Shown here piece by piece: positions 21,688-31,399 of a stretch of DNA of 64,000 nt. Positions within the stretch are counted from its first letter, which is position 1. Every line of letters begins with the position of its first letter. The translations under genes were made by a program, and so were the position numbers. The notes beneath the pieces are model-generated. The model worked only from the letters and a program-made list of their open reading frames with translations. It did no database searches and was not told where the DNA came from. This DNA comes from a bacterium (GTDB lineage Bacteria > UBA8248), in contig CBDBBI010000010.1 of NCBI GenBank assembly GCA_965202625.1, positions 1,024,001 through 1,088,000 on the forward strand, given 5' to 3'.

Positions 21688-22559
21688 TTCCAGCCCCTTT
21701 CGACTACGTTCGTCCCAAGACGCTTGCGGACGCCCTCGCGCGTCTCAAAGAATCCGGAGACGATGCGAAACTCCTCGCCGGCGGCCACAGTCTTCTGCCC
21801 GTGATGAAGGCGAGGCTCGCGCATCCGCGCGTCCTCATCGACGTCGCCCGGGTTGAGGGGCTGTCGGGCATCGCAGAATCAGACGGCACCCTTCGCATCG
21901 GGGCGATGACGACCCACGCCGAAATCGAGGCGTCACCCGTAGTGGGGGAGAAATGCCGGCTCCTCGCCGAGGCTGCGGGTGCGATTGGCGACGCGCAGGT
22001 CAGAAACCGGGGCACGCTGGGCGGTGCTCTCGCCCATGCCGACCCTGCCGCCGACTACCCGGCGGCCATGCTGGCGAGCGGTGCGGAAATCATCGCGGCG
22101 GGCGAGAACGGGGAGCGCGTCATCGGTGCTGACGACTTCTTCACCGGAACGTATGAAACCGCCCTCGCCCCTGGCGAGATTCTCGTTTCTGTCCGCATAC
22201 CCGCTTCACCAGCGCGCAGCGGAGGGGCGTATCTCAAGGCGGCACAGCAGGCCAGCGGCTTCGCCGTCTGCGGCGTGGCGGCCCGGCTCGCACTGGGTGC
22301 GGACGGCTCCGTCTCCTCCCTTCGCGTGGGCGTGACGGGCGTCGCCACTCCCGCCTATCGCGCCAGGAGCGTCGAGAACGCCCTCATCGGCGGGACACCG
22401 AGCGCGGAGGAAATCCAGGCGGCGGCGCGGACGGCCGGCGAAGGCGTCGAGGCACTCGATGATTTTTACGCCGGAGCGGATTTCAGACGCCACCTTGCCG
22501 GAGTCTACGCCGGGCGCGCCATCTCCAAAGCACTGGCGCGTGCCTCCGGCGGCGAATAG
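21684..22559 (+). CDS. CoxM/CutM-like FAD-binding subunit
   Basis: LAGGHSL, QVRNRGTLGG, HADPAAD. Confidence 0.92.
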   Translation: MIPAPFDYVRPKTLADALARLKESGDDAKLLAGGHSLLPVMKARLAHPRVLIDVARVEGLSGIAESDGTLRIGAMTTHAEIEASPVVGEKCRLLAEAAGAIGDAQVRNRGTLGGALAHADPAADYPAAMLASGAEIIAAGENGERVIGADDFFTGTYETALAPGEILVSVRIPASPARSGGAYLKAAQQASGFAVCGVAARLALGADGSVSSLRVGVTGVATPAYRARSVENALIGGTPSAEEIQAAARTAGEGVEALDDFYAGADFRRHLAGVYAGRAISKALARASGGE

Positions 22560-22643
22560 ATACACCCACGTCCCAGCGACGCAATCCCATGCTCTCCATT
22601 CGCGGCGCACGGCGCGCTTTTTCTCTCCCCCAGCGATGCCGGC

Positions 22644-23483
22644 ATGTGCTCCCTGACGTTGGCTAAGCCTCCGCTCCTCCCCTCCATCCCCTGGCTTGCG
22701 CGTGAGAACGCGCGTCTCATCTCCCGGCTCCGCGCGCTCTCCGACGCCGATTGGCGAAAGCCCACTTTCTGTCCCGCCTGGGACGCGCGCCAGCTCGTCG
22801 GCCACATGACGGGAGGTGCCATCTCCTATCTCGAGCGGATACAGGCGACGCAGCAGGGCGACGTCATCCTCTCTCTCGGTGCCGAGACGCCGGAGGAATT
22901 CCAGGCGGCGCGGGATGCGATCATGAAAAAATCCGCCGCCATGTCTTCGGCGGATCGCATCGACTGGCTGGAAAGGAGCCAGGACGCGCTACAAAATGCG
23001 CTGGCACGCCTCACGCCCGGCGATCTGGATCGGCCGCTCTGGCATAGAAAGGGAGACACGCGGCTTCGATCTTTTCCCGATCAGAGGCTTTATGAGGTAG
23101 CGCTTCACTGCTGGGATTTGAAGAACCATTCCGCCGCACCTCTTCACGCCGACGCATTGGGCGCGCTCGTGGACGTCCTCAGGACGAGGCTTCCCCTGCA
23201 GTGCAACCGCGCCGCGGCGGCGGGAATAGAAGGCACGTTTCGTTTCGAGACAACCGCGCCCAAAGCGGCATGGGAGATGACGATAGCCGACGGCGAGGCA
23301 TCGCCCAGTGCGCGTCTTTGCGAGGCACCCGACGCCTCCCTCTCCGCGTCCGCCAGCGACATGGTACTCTTGTGCGCGGGCCGGGCGTGCCGTGCTGCGA
23401 AGATGGCGAGCGGCGACCTCCTCGTCCAGGGAGACGCGCGGGGAGCGGCGCGACTCATGGACGTCCTGTTCCAGCCCTTTTGA
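22644..23483 (+). CDS. Maleylpyruvate isomerase (MDMPI)-like protein with SCP2-like C-terminus
   Basis: PTFCPAWDARQLVGH, EVALHCWDL. Confidence 0.75.
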   Translation: MCSLTLAKPPLLPSIPWLARENARLISRLRALSDADWRKPTFCPAWDARQLVGHMTGGAISYLERIQATQQGDVILSLGAETPEEFQAARDAIMKKSAAMSSADRIDWLERSQDALQNALARLTPGDLDRPLWHRKGDTRLRSFPDQRLYEVALHCWDLKNHSAAPLHADALGALVDVLRTRLPLQCNRAAAAGIEGTFRFETTAPKAAWEMTIADGEASPSARLCEAPDASLSASASDMVLLCAGRACRAAKMASGDLLVQGDARGAARLMDVLFQPF

Positions 23484-23493
23484 AGGATCACGT

Positions 23494-24009
23494 ATGCGGC
23501 TCCTCATTGACGGCTACAACCTCATCCCCGCCATTCCGGAGCTCAGGCGAACGCTTCATCAGGACCTTGAGGCCGGGCGCGACGGCCTCATCAAGACGCT
23601 TCAGGACTATCGCAGAAACTCTCCGCTGAAACCGCTCATCACCGTCGTGTTCGACGGCAAATCCCGCCACGATCGAGGCGGAAGCGGAAAAGCGAACGGG
23701 GTCGAGGTGCTGTTCTCCAGAGGCGAAATTGCCGACGCGCTCATCTTGCGCCTTTTGAAAAACGAATACAGGGGCGCCGTTCTCGTCACATCGGACAGAG
23801 CACTCGGTGCGTCGGCGGCCCCTTACGCGGCGACGGTCGTGCGGACGGGAGAATTCAGAGAACGCCTCTATGAGGCGTCCTTCACCGATGAAGAGAAAGA
23901 CTGCGATGAAGCCCCCATACGCACAAGGAGCGACACACGGAAAAAGGGAAACCCGAGGCGCGCCTCCAAAAAAGAGCGCAGGCGCAACAAACATCTCAGA
24001 AACCTTTGA
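23494..24009 (+). CDS. NYN domain (YacP-like) RNase
   Basis: LIDGYNL, VVFDG, AD, VTSDR, basic C-terminus. Confidence 0.85.
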   Translation: MRLLIDGYNLIPAIPELRRTLHQDLEAGRDGLIKTLQDYRRNSPLKPLITVVFDGKSRHDRGGSGKANGVEVLFSRGEIADALILRLLKNEYRGAVLVTSDRALGASAAPYAATVVRTGEFRERLYEASFTDEEKDCDEAPIRTRSDTRKKGNPRRASKKERRRNKHLRNL

Positions 24010-24111
24010 GACGCGCGCCGGTTCTTTCCAGGGTTTTCATATCCCCCCTGCGGCGGGTGCTCATTCCATGATCGAAAAACGCCCCATCCCTCGCTTGCCC
24101 CGGAGTTCACG

Positions 24112-24813
24112 ATGACCGCCGCGCATGACGCGTCGTTTCGCGTCGGTCTGTTGGTTCCATCGTCAAACGCCACGATGGAGCGCGATTTTCACAAAAACCT
24201 GCCTGAGGAAGTCTCCGTTTGCACCTCCCGAATGTTTCTGGACGAGACGACCAGGCAAGCCGAAATCCGCATGATCGAAGAATCCCTGCCCGAGGCGAGT
24301 CGGATGCTTCGGACGGCTCATCCCCATTTTTGCGTCTTTGGCTGCACGTCGGGAGGCGCGCTCTTTGGAAGGGCGCACGACAGGAGAATACAAGCGCGGA
24401 TCGAGGCGCAAACCGGCGCCGAGACGACCACCATTCTCTCGGCACTCTCCAGGGAGTTCTCCGAGATGGGCGCGAAAAAGCTGGTGGTGCTCACGCCCTA
24501 TATTGATGAGTTGAACGCGCCCATCCGCGCCTCCCTTGAAGAAGACGGACGTGAGGTTCTCTCCATAGACGGCATGGGGATGACGAACAACGTCGCCATC
24601 GGAAACACGGGGGCGGAGAGAATCCTCCAATTCTCGGACGAGCACCTTTCGGCGCAAACCTTGAAAAATGCGGACTGTCTTTTCATCTCCTGTACGAACC
24701 TGCCCGCTCTCGACGCCCTGCCCCAGATTCACGCCCGCTACCCCGGCCTGGCGGTGATGACGAGCAACCTGGCCGCACTCCTGGCAGTGCGCAGAAAACT
24801 GAAGGAAAAATGA
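24112..24813 (+). CDS. Maleate cis-trans isomerase / Asp-Glu racemase family
   Basis: VPSSN.TME, GCTSG, TPY, SCTNL, TSN. Confidence 0.85.
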   Translation: MTAAHDASFRVGLLVPSSNATMERDFHKNLPEEVSVCTSRMFLDETTRQAEIRMIEESLPEASRMLRTAHPHFCVFGCTSGGALFGRAHDRRIQARIEAQTGAETTTILSALSREFSEMGAKKLVVLTPYIDELNAPIRASLEEDGREVLSIDGMGMTNNVAIGNTGAERILQFSDEHLSAQTLKNADCLFISCTNLPALDALPQIHARYPGLAVMTSNLAALLAVRRKLKEK

Positions 24814-24978
24814 TTCGGTGCGCGTCCGCCAGGGGACTCCCCCTCTCCTTTTTTCTTGCGGAAAAATCGGTGTAAGATGCCCGTTCTTCTCACACGCACC
24901 GAACCCATGCGGCATCCAAGGCCGCCTTGGGGACCATAGGCTCTGGTGCGGAATGCGCATACGCCTCATCACCATGGA

Positions 24979-26367
24979 GTGAACCCCCTCGTGGAAGTGC
25001 GCGTGCTCTCTCCTTGCGGCGTCATCGGCTCCGGCTTTCCGGAGAGCTCCTTCGAGCGCGGACTGTCCATGAAGCCCCACGTCATCGCCTGCGACGGGGG
25101 CTCGACGGACAACGGGCCCGCGTCTCTCGGCTCGGGTAAGCCAAACTTCTCCCGCTCGGCCACCAAGCGGGATTTGCGGCTCATGCTCAAGGGGCGTGAA
25201 AGTCTGGGCGTTCCCCTGATAGTGGGTTCGTGCGGCACGGCGGGCGGTGACGCGGGGCTTGCGTGGATGCGCGGGATTTGTCTGGAAATCGCCCGGGAGG
25301 AAGGCGCGCGTTTCAGGCTCGCTCTGATTCGGGCGGAGCAGGAGAAGGCGTATCTCCAGAAAAAATACAAAGAAGGCCGCATTCAGGGGCTCGATCCGGC
25401 ACCTCCGCTCAACGAGGAGGTGATAGAGCACAGCGCGCACATCGTGGGCATGATGGGCGATGCGCCCATCGCCGAGGCACTCGAGGGGGGAGCGGACGTC
25501 GTGTTGGCGGGCAGGGCATCGGACACCTCTATTTTCGCCTGCCATCCCGTCCGGATGGGGGCGGACCGAGGGCTCTCCTGGCACGCGGCCAAGATACTGG
25601 AATGCGGGGCGGCCTGTGCCGTGCATCGCGCGCGGCCAGACGGCTGCTTCGCCTGGATTCGGGACGATCACTTCGTGGTCGAACCCCTGAACCCCCAGAT
25701 GTATTGCACCCCGCAGAGCGTGGCCTCGCACACCCTGTATGAGAACATAGACCCTTTCCGCATCACCGAACCCTCGGGCGTCCTGGATACCAGCCGCTCC
25801 GTCTATGTGCCCGAAAGCGCGCGTGCCGTGCGCGTTGCGGGCTCCGCCTTTCATCCGGCAAAGCGATACTCGATCAAGCTCGAGGGGGCGGAGCTCGTAG
25901 GCTACCAGTCCGTCATCATCGGCGGAGTGCGCGACCCCATGATCCTGAAGCAGCTGGACTCCTGGCTCGACGGCGTCCGGATGGGCTTTGAGAAGCGCGC
26001 GCGAGAAATTTTCCCCGACCGGAAAACCCCGCCCGCACATCAACTCCACGTCCGCGTGTTCGGGCGGGACGCCGTGATGGGAGCACTCGAGCCGGAGAGG
26101 AGCCGCGTCCCGCACGAGGTGGGCGTTCTCTTCGAGGTGACGGCGGAAGATCAGGCGTCCGCCAACACGATGGCGGCCACCCTCGCCCACTTCGCGCTTC
26201 ACTACCCCATTCCGGAGTGGAGCGGCCTCATATCGACTCTCGCGTTTCCCTTCGCGCCGGCGGAACTTGAAAAAGGCCCCGTCTATCGCTTCAACCTGCA
26301 CCACGTCGTCTATCCAGATACTCCCTGCGAGATGTTCCCGACCGAGATCATGGAGGTGGAGAACTGA
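24979..26367 (+). CDS. AtuA (acyclic terpene utilization) family protein
   Basis: DGGSTDNGP, AGRASD, WHAAKILECG, HTLYE; start uncertain. Confidence 0.8.
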   Translation: MNPLVEVRVLSPCGVIGSGFPESSFERGLSMKPHVIACDGGSTDNGPASLGSGKPNFSRSATKRDLRLMLKGRESLGVPLIVGSCGTAGGDAGLAWMRGICLEIAREEGARFRLALIRAEQEKAYLQKKYKEGRIQGLDPAPPLNEEVIEHSAHIVGMMGDAPIAEALEGGADVVLAGRASDTSIFACHPVRMGADRGLSWHAAKILECGAACAVHRARPDGCFAWIRDDHFVVEPLNPQMYCTPQSVASHTLYENIDPFRITEPSGVLDTSRSVYVPESARAVRVAGSAFHPAKRYSIKLEGAELVGYQSVIIGGVRDPMILKQLDSWLDGVRMGFEKRAREIFPDRKTPPAHQLHVRVFGRDAVMGALEPERSRVPHEVGVLFEVTAEDQASANTMAATLAHFALHYPIPEWSGLISTLAFPFAPAELEKGPVYRFNLHHVVYPDTPCEMFPTEIMEVEN

Positions 26368-26684
26368 TGGCCACGCTCGGCGAACTCGCCAAACTCATTC
26401 GCTCGAAAAACGCCGGACCTTTCCACCTCACGTTCGACGTCATGTTCGACGAGGAGGCCGTCTATCGGCGCGTGGTGGACGCAAACGTCCTCACCAAAGA
26501 GGCGTTTTGCCGCATCTACAATCTGGAAGAGGAGAAGGTGCTGCTCGTGTGCCACGACGCCGCGCGGGCGATTAAAATATCCATTCCGCGCCCCGTGTCC
26601 TCCTGCGACCTGGAGGATGGCGACTGCTACGGTGGGCAGCAGTTCGGCCCCCTCGTCAACCTGGAGATTCCGGAGATTTCATAA
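26367..26684 (+). CDS. DUF4387 family protein
   Basis: IRSKNAGPF.LTFDVMF, D.YGGQQ; usual AtuA-family partner. Confidence 0.85.
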   Translation: MATLGELAKLIRSKNAGPFHLTFDVMFDEEAVYRRVVDANVLTKEAFCRIYNLEEEKVLLVCHDAARAIKISIPRPVSSCDLEDGDCYGGQQFGPLVNLEIPEIS

Positions 26685-26792
26685 AACGCAAGGCGCGACC
26701 CGGCGAGCGGTACTTGGGCGCGCACCCGGATGACCAGCCTTTCGGTTTCAGGCGCATCAGCCCGCGCGCCCAAGCCATGAGGGAGAAGGAAA

Positions 26793-27401
26793 ATGGCGAT
26801 TCAGACGAACGCAGATGAGATTCGCGCACTTTTCCCTGAAGTGTGCCAAATTGAAGACGCGGAGTTGCGCGAAGGGGTGATACGCATCTGGCTTGAGGTG
26901 GCCGAGGAAACCGCCTGGGAGCGTTTTGAGGACGTCCCCAAAAACCTGAAGGAAGAGAAGCACATGACGCTCATCGGCCACGTCCAGGGCGTCACGCGCA
27001 TGGCTCTCGCCATGGCCGACGTCGCCCAGAAACTTCACGGCGTCGCCATCGACCGCGACCTGCTGATCGCCTCCTGCCTTCTGCACGACGTCTCCAAACC
27101 CCTGGAGTCCGCCCCTCATTCCGGCGGCTCCCCCACAGGCGGGCGCGTGCCGCCGGCCAGAATCACCGAATTTGGCGAGAAAATCCAGCACGGCGTTTAC
27201 GGAGCGCACAAAATATGGAAACGAAGCCTCCCCAAAACCCTGGAGCTGGCCCACCTCGTCATCACCCACGCGCGCGCGAGCAACACGCGCGCAAAAAGCT
27301 ATGAGGCCGCCCTGCTCTTCTACGCCGACTGGGCAGATTCGGACGCCGGCATCGTCTCAGGCGGCGGGACGCCCTTCTCCGCCAGATGGGTGGAGGGGTA
27401 G
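26793..27401 (+). CDS. HD domain protein
   Basis: H..(LLHDVSK)..H..H..AD pattern. Confidence 0.8.
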   Translation: MAIQTNADEIRALFPEVCQIEDAELREGVIRIWLEVAEETAWERFEDVPKNLKEEKHMTLIGHVQGVTRMALAMADVAQKLHGVAIDRDLLIASCLLHDVSKPLESAPHSGGSPTGGRVPPARITEFGEKIQHGVYGAHKIWKRSLPKTLELAHLVITHARASNTRAKSYEAALLFYADWADSDAGIVSGGGTPFSARWVEG

Positions 27402-27596
27402 GGGGAGGCACCCCCGGCCTTCGCATTCAGAAAACACTCCCATGTTCCCGAAATAGATTGACGTCCGGATAACTTTGTCCTATAGCATTACGTTTTAGAA
27501 AGACCACATAAAAAATATCAAGACATCCTTGGCACATTCTGGGAGCTTTTCCGTATGAAGTGGCGCAAAATAGAAGGAAAAATAGCGCATACAGTT

Positions 27597-28568
27597 ATGA
27601 GAGCGGGATTTTTCCTCAAGAGATTTCCGTTTATTATTCTCCTCTTTACGACTGGCTGCGCCACGGTTGCTCCTTCCACCACTCCGGTGGAAGCTCCCGT
27701 ATCTAGGGCCGCCCAGAAAAAAGCGCAACAAAAGGCTCTCACTCCCCAGAGAAAGATACTCAAGCGCAAAATCGCGATTGGCCGCTTCACCAACGAGACG
27801 CGTTACGGCAAGACTTTCTTGCGAGACGGGGACACCGACCCTTTAGGAAAGCAAGCTTCCGACATGCTCGCCAATCGCCTCGTAAGTTCCGGGAAATTTC
27901 TGGTTTTTGAGCGTCCGGACCTTGTGAAAATCAAGCGCGAACAAAGCGTCCTAAAAAAATCCAACCTGATCGGCGTGGACGTCCTTATCTTGGGGTCGGT
28001 GACGGAGTTCGGTCGCTCCACCACGGGCCAGTCCGGCTTCTTGAGTGCGACGAAAAAGCAGACTGCGCAGGCGAAGGTCGAAATACGTATGGTGGACGTA
28101 CGGACGGGGCACGTGTTTTTCTCCGCCTCCGGCTCAGGAGAGGCAAGTACCGAATCGGGGGAAGTCGCCGGCTTCGGCAGTCGGGCGGGCTACGACGCCA
28201 CGCTGAATGACAAGGCGATTGGCGCCGCCATATCCGACTTCCTGAATTCCCTTATCTCGAAAATCGATGAGAGAATTTGGAGAACGGACATCCTGCGAAT
28301 CAAGGGAAGCGAGATCATCATCACTGGCGGCAGACGGCAGGGGATTCAGATCGGTGACGTATTAAACGTGATGAGAGAAGGAGAACGGGTGAAGAGCAGG
28401 CAAACTGGCTTTGAAATTTCGCTTCCCCCTTCAAAGGTCGGCGAAATACGGATTGTCAGCCTTTTTGGAGATACCGAAACCAATGAAGGGTCAGTGGGCA
28501 CAATCTTGTCGGGAACGTTTCCTGGAAGTCGGACGGATGGACTCTTCGTTTCAGAGATAAGGAAATAA
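27597..28568 (+). CDS. CsgG/HfaB family lipoprotein
   Basis: Lipobox TTGC, KIAIGRFTNETRYG, GSVTEFGR. Confidence 0.85.
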   Translation: MRAGFFLKRFPFIILLFTTGCATVAPSTTPVEAPVSRAAQKKAQQKALTPQRKILKRKIAIGRFTNETRYGKTFLRDGDTDPLGKQASDMLANRLVSSGKFLVFERPDLVKIKREQSVLKKSNLIGVDVLILGSVTEFGRSTTGQSGFLSATKKQTAQAKVEIRMVDVRTGHVFFSASGSGEASTESGEVAGFGSRAGYDATLNDKAIGAAISDFLNSLISKIDERIWRTDILRIKGSEIIITGGRRQGIQIGDVLNVMREGERVKSRQTGFEISLPPSKVGEIRIVSLFGDTETNEGSVGTILSGTFPGSRTDGLFVSEIRK

Positions 28569-28573
28569 TTTCG

Positions 28574-28903
28574 ATGAAATTATTTGTTGCGGGCTTTCTG
28601 CTCATGCTCCTCACCGTTGGTTGCTATCCATCAAGCGAGGTTCGGGTGACGGACAGTAGACCGAGGCTAGCCATCAAGAACGCCCCAAAGAACGCCATCA
28701 TCTATGTCGATGGGCTGAATTTGGGATTCGCGAACCAATATAGCGGAGACCAGTCGAGTGACGAGAGTGGAGAGGTGCGCGTCCTTTTGTTAGAGCCGGG
28801 AAGGCACCTGATTGAGGTGAAGAGCGACGGCGAAACATTGCTTTCCGAGGATGTTTTCCTTGGAGAAGGCACACTGAAAACGCTGACAGTGAAACAGGAG
28901 TGA
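28574..28903 (+). CDS. Small lipoprotein, PEGA-like fold
   Basis: Lipobox TVGC, AIIYVDG, PGRHLIEV. Confidence 0.65.
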   Translation: MKLFVAGFLLMLLTVGCYPSSEVRVTDSRPRLAIKNAPKNAIIYVDGLNLGFANQYSGDQSSDESGEVRVLLLEPGRHLIEVKSDGETLLSEDVFLGEGTLKTLTVKQE

Positions 28904-28913
28904 GTAAAACGAA

Positions 28914-29288
28914 ATGATCACCAAAAGATTGTCCGTCCTGCTCGTCTCCATCCTGATTTCAGCTTGCGCGCAGACAAAATACCATTGGGGCGGGTACGAA
29001 AACGCTTTATATCAATACTATAAAAGTCCAGCGGAGCTTGGGAGTCTCGCGAAAGAGTTAAGAGGTGCAATCACCCAGGGGGAACAGGATGAGAAAGTTC
29101 CGCCCGGCCTTTATGCCGAGCTCGGTTATGTGCTCCTCGTCCAAGGAAAGAAGCAGGAAGCCGTCACTTACTTTCAAAAAGAAAAGAAATTATGGCCTGA
29201 ATCAGCCAAATTGATGGATACGATGGTTAAAATGGCGAAAACCTCCGGAGGCGTGAAATCTGCTGGCTCCAAGGGAGAAAATCGATAA
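28914..29288 (+). CDS. DUF4810 family lipoprotein
   Basis: ISAC, Y.WG.Y, VPPGLYAELG, EKKLWPES. Confidence 0.88.
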   Translation: MITKRLSVLLVSILISACAQTKYHWGGYENALYQYYKSPAELGSLAKELRGAITQGEQDEKVPPGLYAELGYVLLVQGKKQEAVTYFQKEKKLWPESAKLMDTMVKMAKTSGGVKSAGSKGENR

Positions 29289-29957
29289 ATGCTATCAAAA
29301 ACATTCGCATCAGGAGTTCTTGTTACGATATTGCTCGTCTCAGGTTGCGCTGCTCGCCCAAAACCATCGGATTTCACCAAATTCCGCAACGAAAATCCCA
29401 GATCGATTCTGGTCGTGCCTGCCATCAACAAGGCCGTTGAAGTCAACGCTCCAGATTATTTTCTTTCAACTATCTCGAAGCCTGTCGCTGAAAGAGGATT
29501 TTACGTATTTCCCGTGAACGTAGTGAAACGTGTAATGGAAGACGATGGTCTCGCTGATGCGAATTTGGTTCACAATGCCGACCCGAAACGCTTGGGAGAG
29601 ATATTTGACGCCGATGCCATTCTTTACGTCTCGATAGATAGATGGGACGCGCAATATATTGTGTTCTCCACCCAGGTGACGGTGGAATTCACTTATGTTC
29701 TCAAGAGCGGTCGCACCGGCGAAGAGCTGTGGCGACGAACGGCAAAAATGGTGTATTCGCCTCAAAGCAGCACGAATACGGGCAACCCTCTTGCCACTCT
29801 CATCATAATGGCGGCCCAGGCAGCTATTACGAAAGCGGCGCCGAACTATATCCCCTTGACCCAACAAGCCAACTTTTTAGCAGTCATTGAACCCGGACAA
29901 GGATTGCCCGCAGGCCCTTATCGAAAAGATTATCTGAAAGATCAGGACAAATTCTGA
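29289..29957 (+). CDS. DUF799 (GNA1162-like) lipoprotein
   Basis: VSGC, PRSILVVP, ERGFYVFPV, FDADAILY, LPAGPY. Confidence 0.88.
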   Translation: MLSKTFASGVLVTILLVSGCAARPKPSDFTKFRNENPRSILVVPAINKAVEVNAPDYFLSTISKPVAERGFYVFPVNVVKRVMEDDGLADANLVHNADPKRLGEIFDADAILYVSIDRWDAQYIVFSTQVTVEFTYVLKSGRTGEELWRRTAKMVYSPQSSTNTGNPLATLIIMAAQAAITKAAPNYIPLTQQANFLAVIEPGQGLPAGPYRKDYLKDQDKF

Positions 29958-29963
29958 AGAACC

Positions 29964-30079
29964 ATAGTCGAAGTCGCTCTCTACTGAGCCGGATAGCCCG
30001 GCCCGGAGAGCGTCTCAGCGATCCTCCCCGTCGGCGATGCACGACGTCGTTCCCCGCAAAATTTTGACCGAGTGCGTCT
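29964..30079 (-). repeat. Degenerate direct copy of the prpE 3' end (37334-37497)
   Basis: ATAGTCGAAGTC..CCGGATAGCCC..CCGTCGGCGATGC..CGTTCCCCG.AAAATTTTG aligns with about 85% identity and a roughly 47 bp deletion. Confidence 0.9.
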
Positions 30080-30152
30080 GAACGGATGGGCGGCGAACAA
30101 CAAGCTGAGGGCGGGACGTGCGCGAACCGGTAATAGGTTTTAGGTTTGTCCG

Positions 30153-30252
30153 AAGCCGCAACGCGCGGGCGATGAACACCCTCCGCCAGATGCAGTCTCT
30201 TGCTCGTGGATTTCAAGGCAAACGACTGACCTGGCAAGACCTCACGAAGTGA
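30153..30252 (+). mobile_element. IS1595-family transposase C-terminal remnant
   Basis: RNARAMNTLRQMQSLARGFQGKRLTWQDLT* matches the GKRL.(Y/W)..L ending of IS1595 transposases. Confidence 0.6.
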
Positions 30253-30355
30253 ATCATCCCCATATCTGGGACGCTTGACTCCAAAAATCTACCTCATATC
30301 GAGTGAAAAAAGTCGAGAGTTCCGCTGGAGGACCGGAGCTATCGTTGGAAAGGGC

Positions 30356-31105
30356 TCATGCAGACCGCCTCGTCTGCTCTGCTGAAATATCCATAATACC
30401 CTGAGATTTCAATACCTCATCTCTGAGGACTACGCCTACAACGTCCAAGACCTGCTTTAACGCAATGCCATTATTATAGGCGGACATTTGCATTGCTTCC
30501 CGTGGTATTTTTTCCGTTAAATCATCAAGGAGATTTTCTTGGGCATACGCAAAGCACATCTCCTGTATTTCGTAGGCATTCTTGTCTTTACCGCTTATTT
30601 GTTCCTTTAATGCTTCTGCATATCCCGAAATCCATTCGTTGATTTGTATTTCTTCAGCAACCCTTTCCCCCAGTTCGCTGAGCCTGCGCGGGCTATCGGA
30701 TTCCGTTGTTTCGGGAGGGGGCAATCGCGAAAAAATAGATTTTATGTCTGCTCGTATTTCCTTTACCTCATTTTTGATTTCGCTTCGTATTGCATTTGTT
30801 TCATTTTTGATTTCCGCTCGTATTGCATTTGTTTCATTTCTGATTTCGCTTCGTATTGCATTTGTTTCATTTCTGATTTCATCTCGTATTTCTTTTGTTT
30901 CATTGCTGATTTCATCTCGTATTTCTTTTATCTGATCTCGAATTTCTCCCATAAATGTCGATATGCTCTCTCCCTTTTCGTTTACTTTTGCAATCCATGT
31001 TGCAGCGCGTATTGCAGCCCATATTGCAAGAGCAAAGAGGACGACAATAATGAGTAATATATTTCCTTTGAAGGCTTCAAGGAGAAATACGTTGATGGAG
31101 CTCAT
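30356..31105 (-). CDS. Membrane-anchored coiled-coil protein with 11-aa repeats
   Basis: N-terminal TM helix, NETNAIRSEI(R/K) repeats, low GC. Confidence 0.7.
   Translation of the reverse strand: MSSINVFLLEAFKGNILLIIVVLFALAIWAAIRAATWIAKVNEKGESISTFMGEIRDQIKEIRDEISNETKEIRDEIRNETNAIRSEIRNETNAIRAEIKNETNAIRSEIKNEVKEIRADIKSIFSRLPPPETTESDSPRRLSELGERVAEEIQINEWISGYAEALKEQISGKDKNAYEIQEMCFAYAQENLLDDLTEKIPREAMQMSAYNNGIALKQVLDVVGVVLRDEVLKSQGIMDISAEQTRRSA
30770..30940. repeat. 33-bp coding tandem repeat, about 5 copies
   Basis: TTT(T/C)TGATTTCGCTTCGTATTGCATTTGTTTCA unit repeated with variation, no spacers. Confidence 0.85.
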
Positions 31106-31272
31106 AGCAAGACCTCACAAAATGAAAGGCATCCTTTGCTATTTGCTAACCTGTTGTTTTGGATTTCTTGTCCGCCGCCCGTAAAAATGGATTTAGCGAT
31201 TTCCTGCGCGGTTGCGGGCAGGGGTTTGATGACGTTCTTCAAAGTCCGGCCCGGCGACTTTGAAGTGTTCAT
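31102..31272 (-). CDS. Small hypothetical protein, possible IS passenger
   Basis: MNTSKSPGRTLKNVIKPLPATAQEIAKSIF; stop overlaps the next start. Confidence 0.4.
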   Translation of the reverse strand: MNTSKSPGRTLKNVIKPLPATAQEIAKSIFTGGGQEIQNNRLANSKGCLSFCEVLL

Positions 31273-31369
31273 AGGCGCCCCCCTATGGCGACATATCATG
31301 TTCAGGTGAAAAATCCACCTGAGCAAATTTACCATATCACACCTTAAAAGAAACCTAATTTCATTATCC

Positions 31370-31399
31370 TTGACAAGTCAAAAACCGTTCTACTATACT
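31370..31399 (+). promoter_or_regulatory. Near-consensus sigma70 promoter
   Basis: TTGACA, 18 bp spacer, TATACT. Confidence 0.7.

Noticed and set aside
24163-26304. 713-aa minus-strand ORF and similar long shadow ORFs (e.g. 37694-39289, 42704-44110, 47110-48546)
   Set aside because: Antisense shadows of well-supported GC-rich genes with no recognisable motifs.
30770-30940. 33-bp repeats as a CRISPR array
   Set aside because: Units are contiguous with no unique spacers, are in-frame within an ORF, and no cas genes are present.
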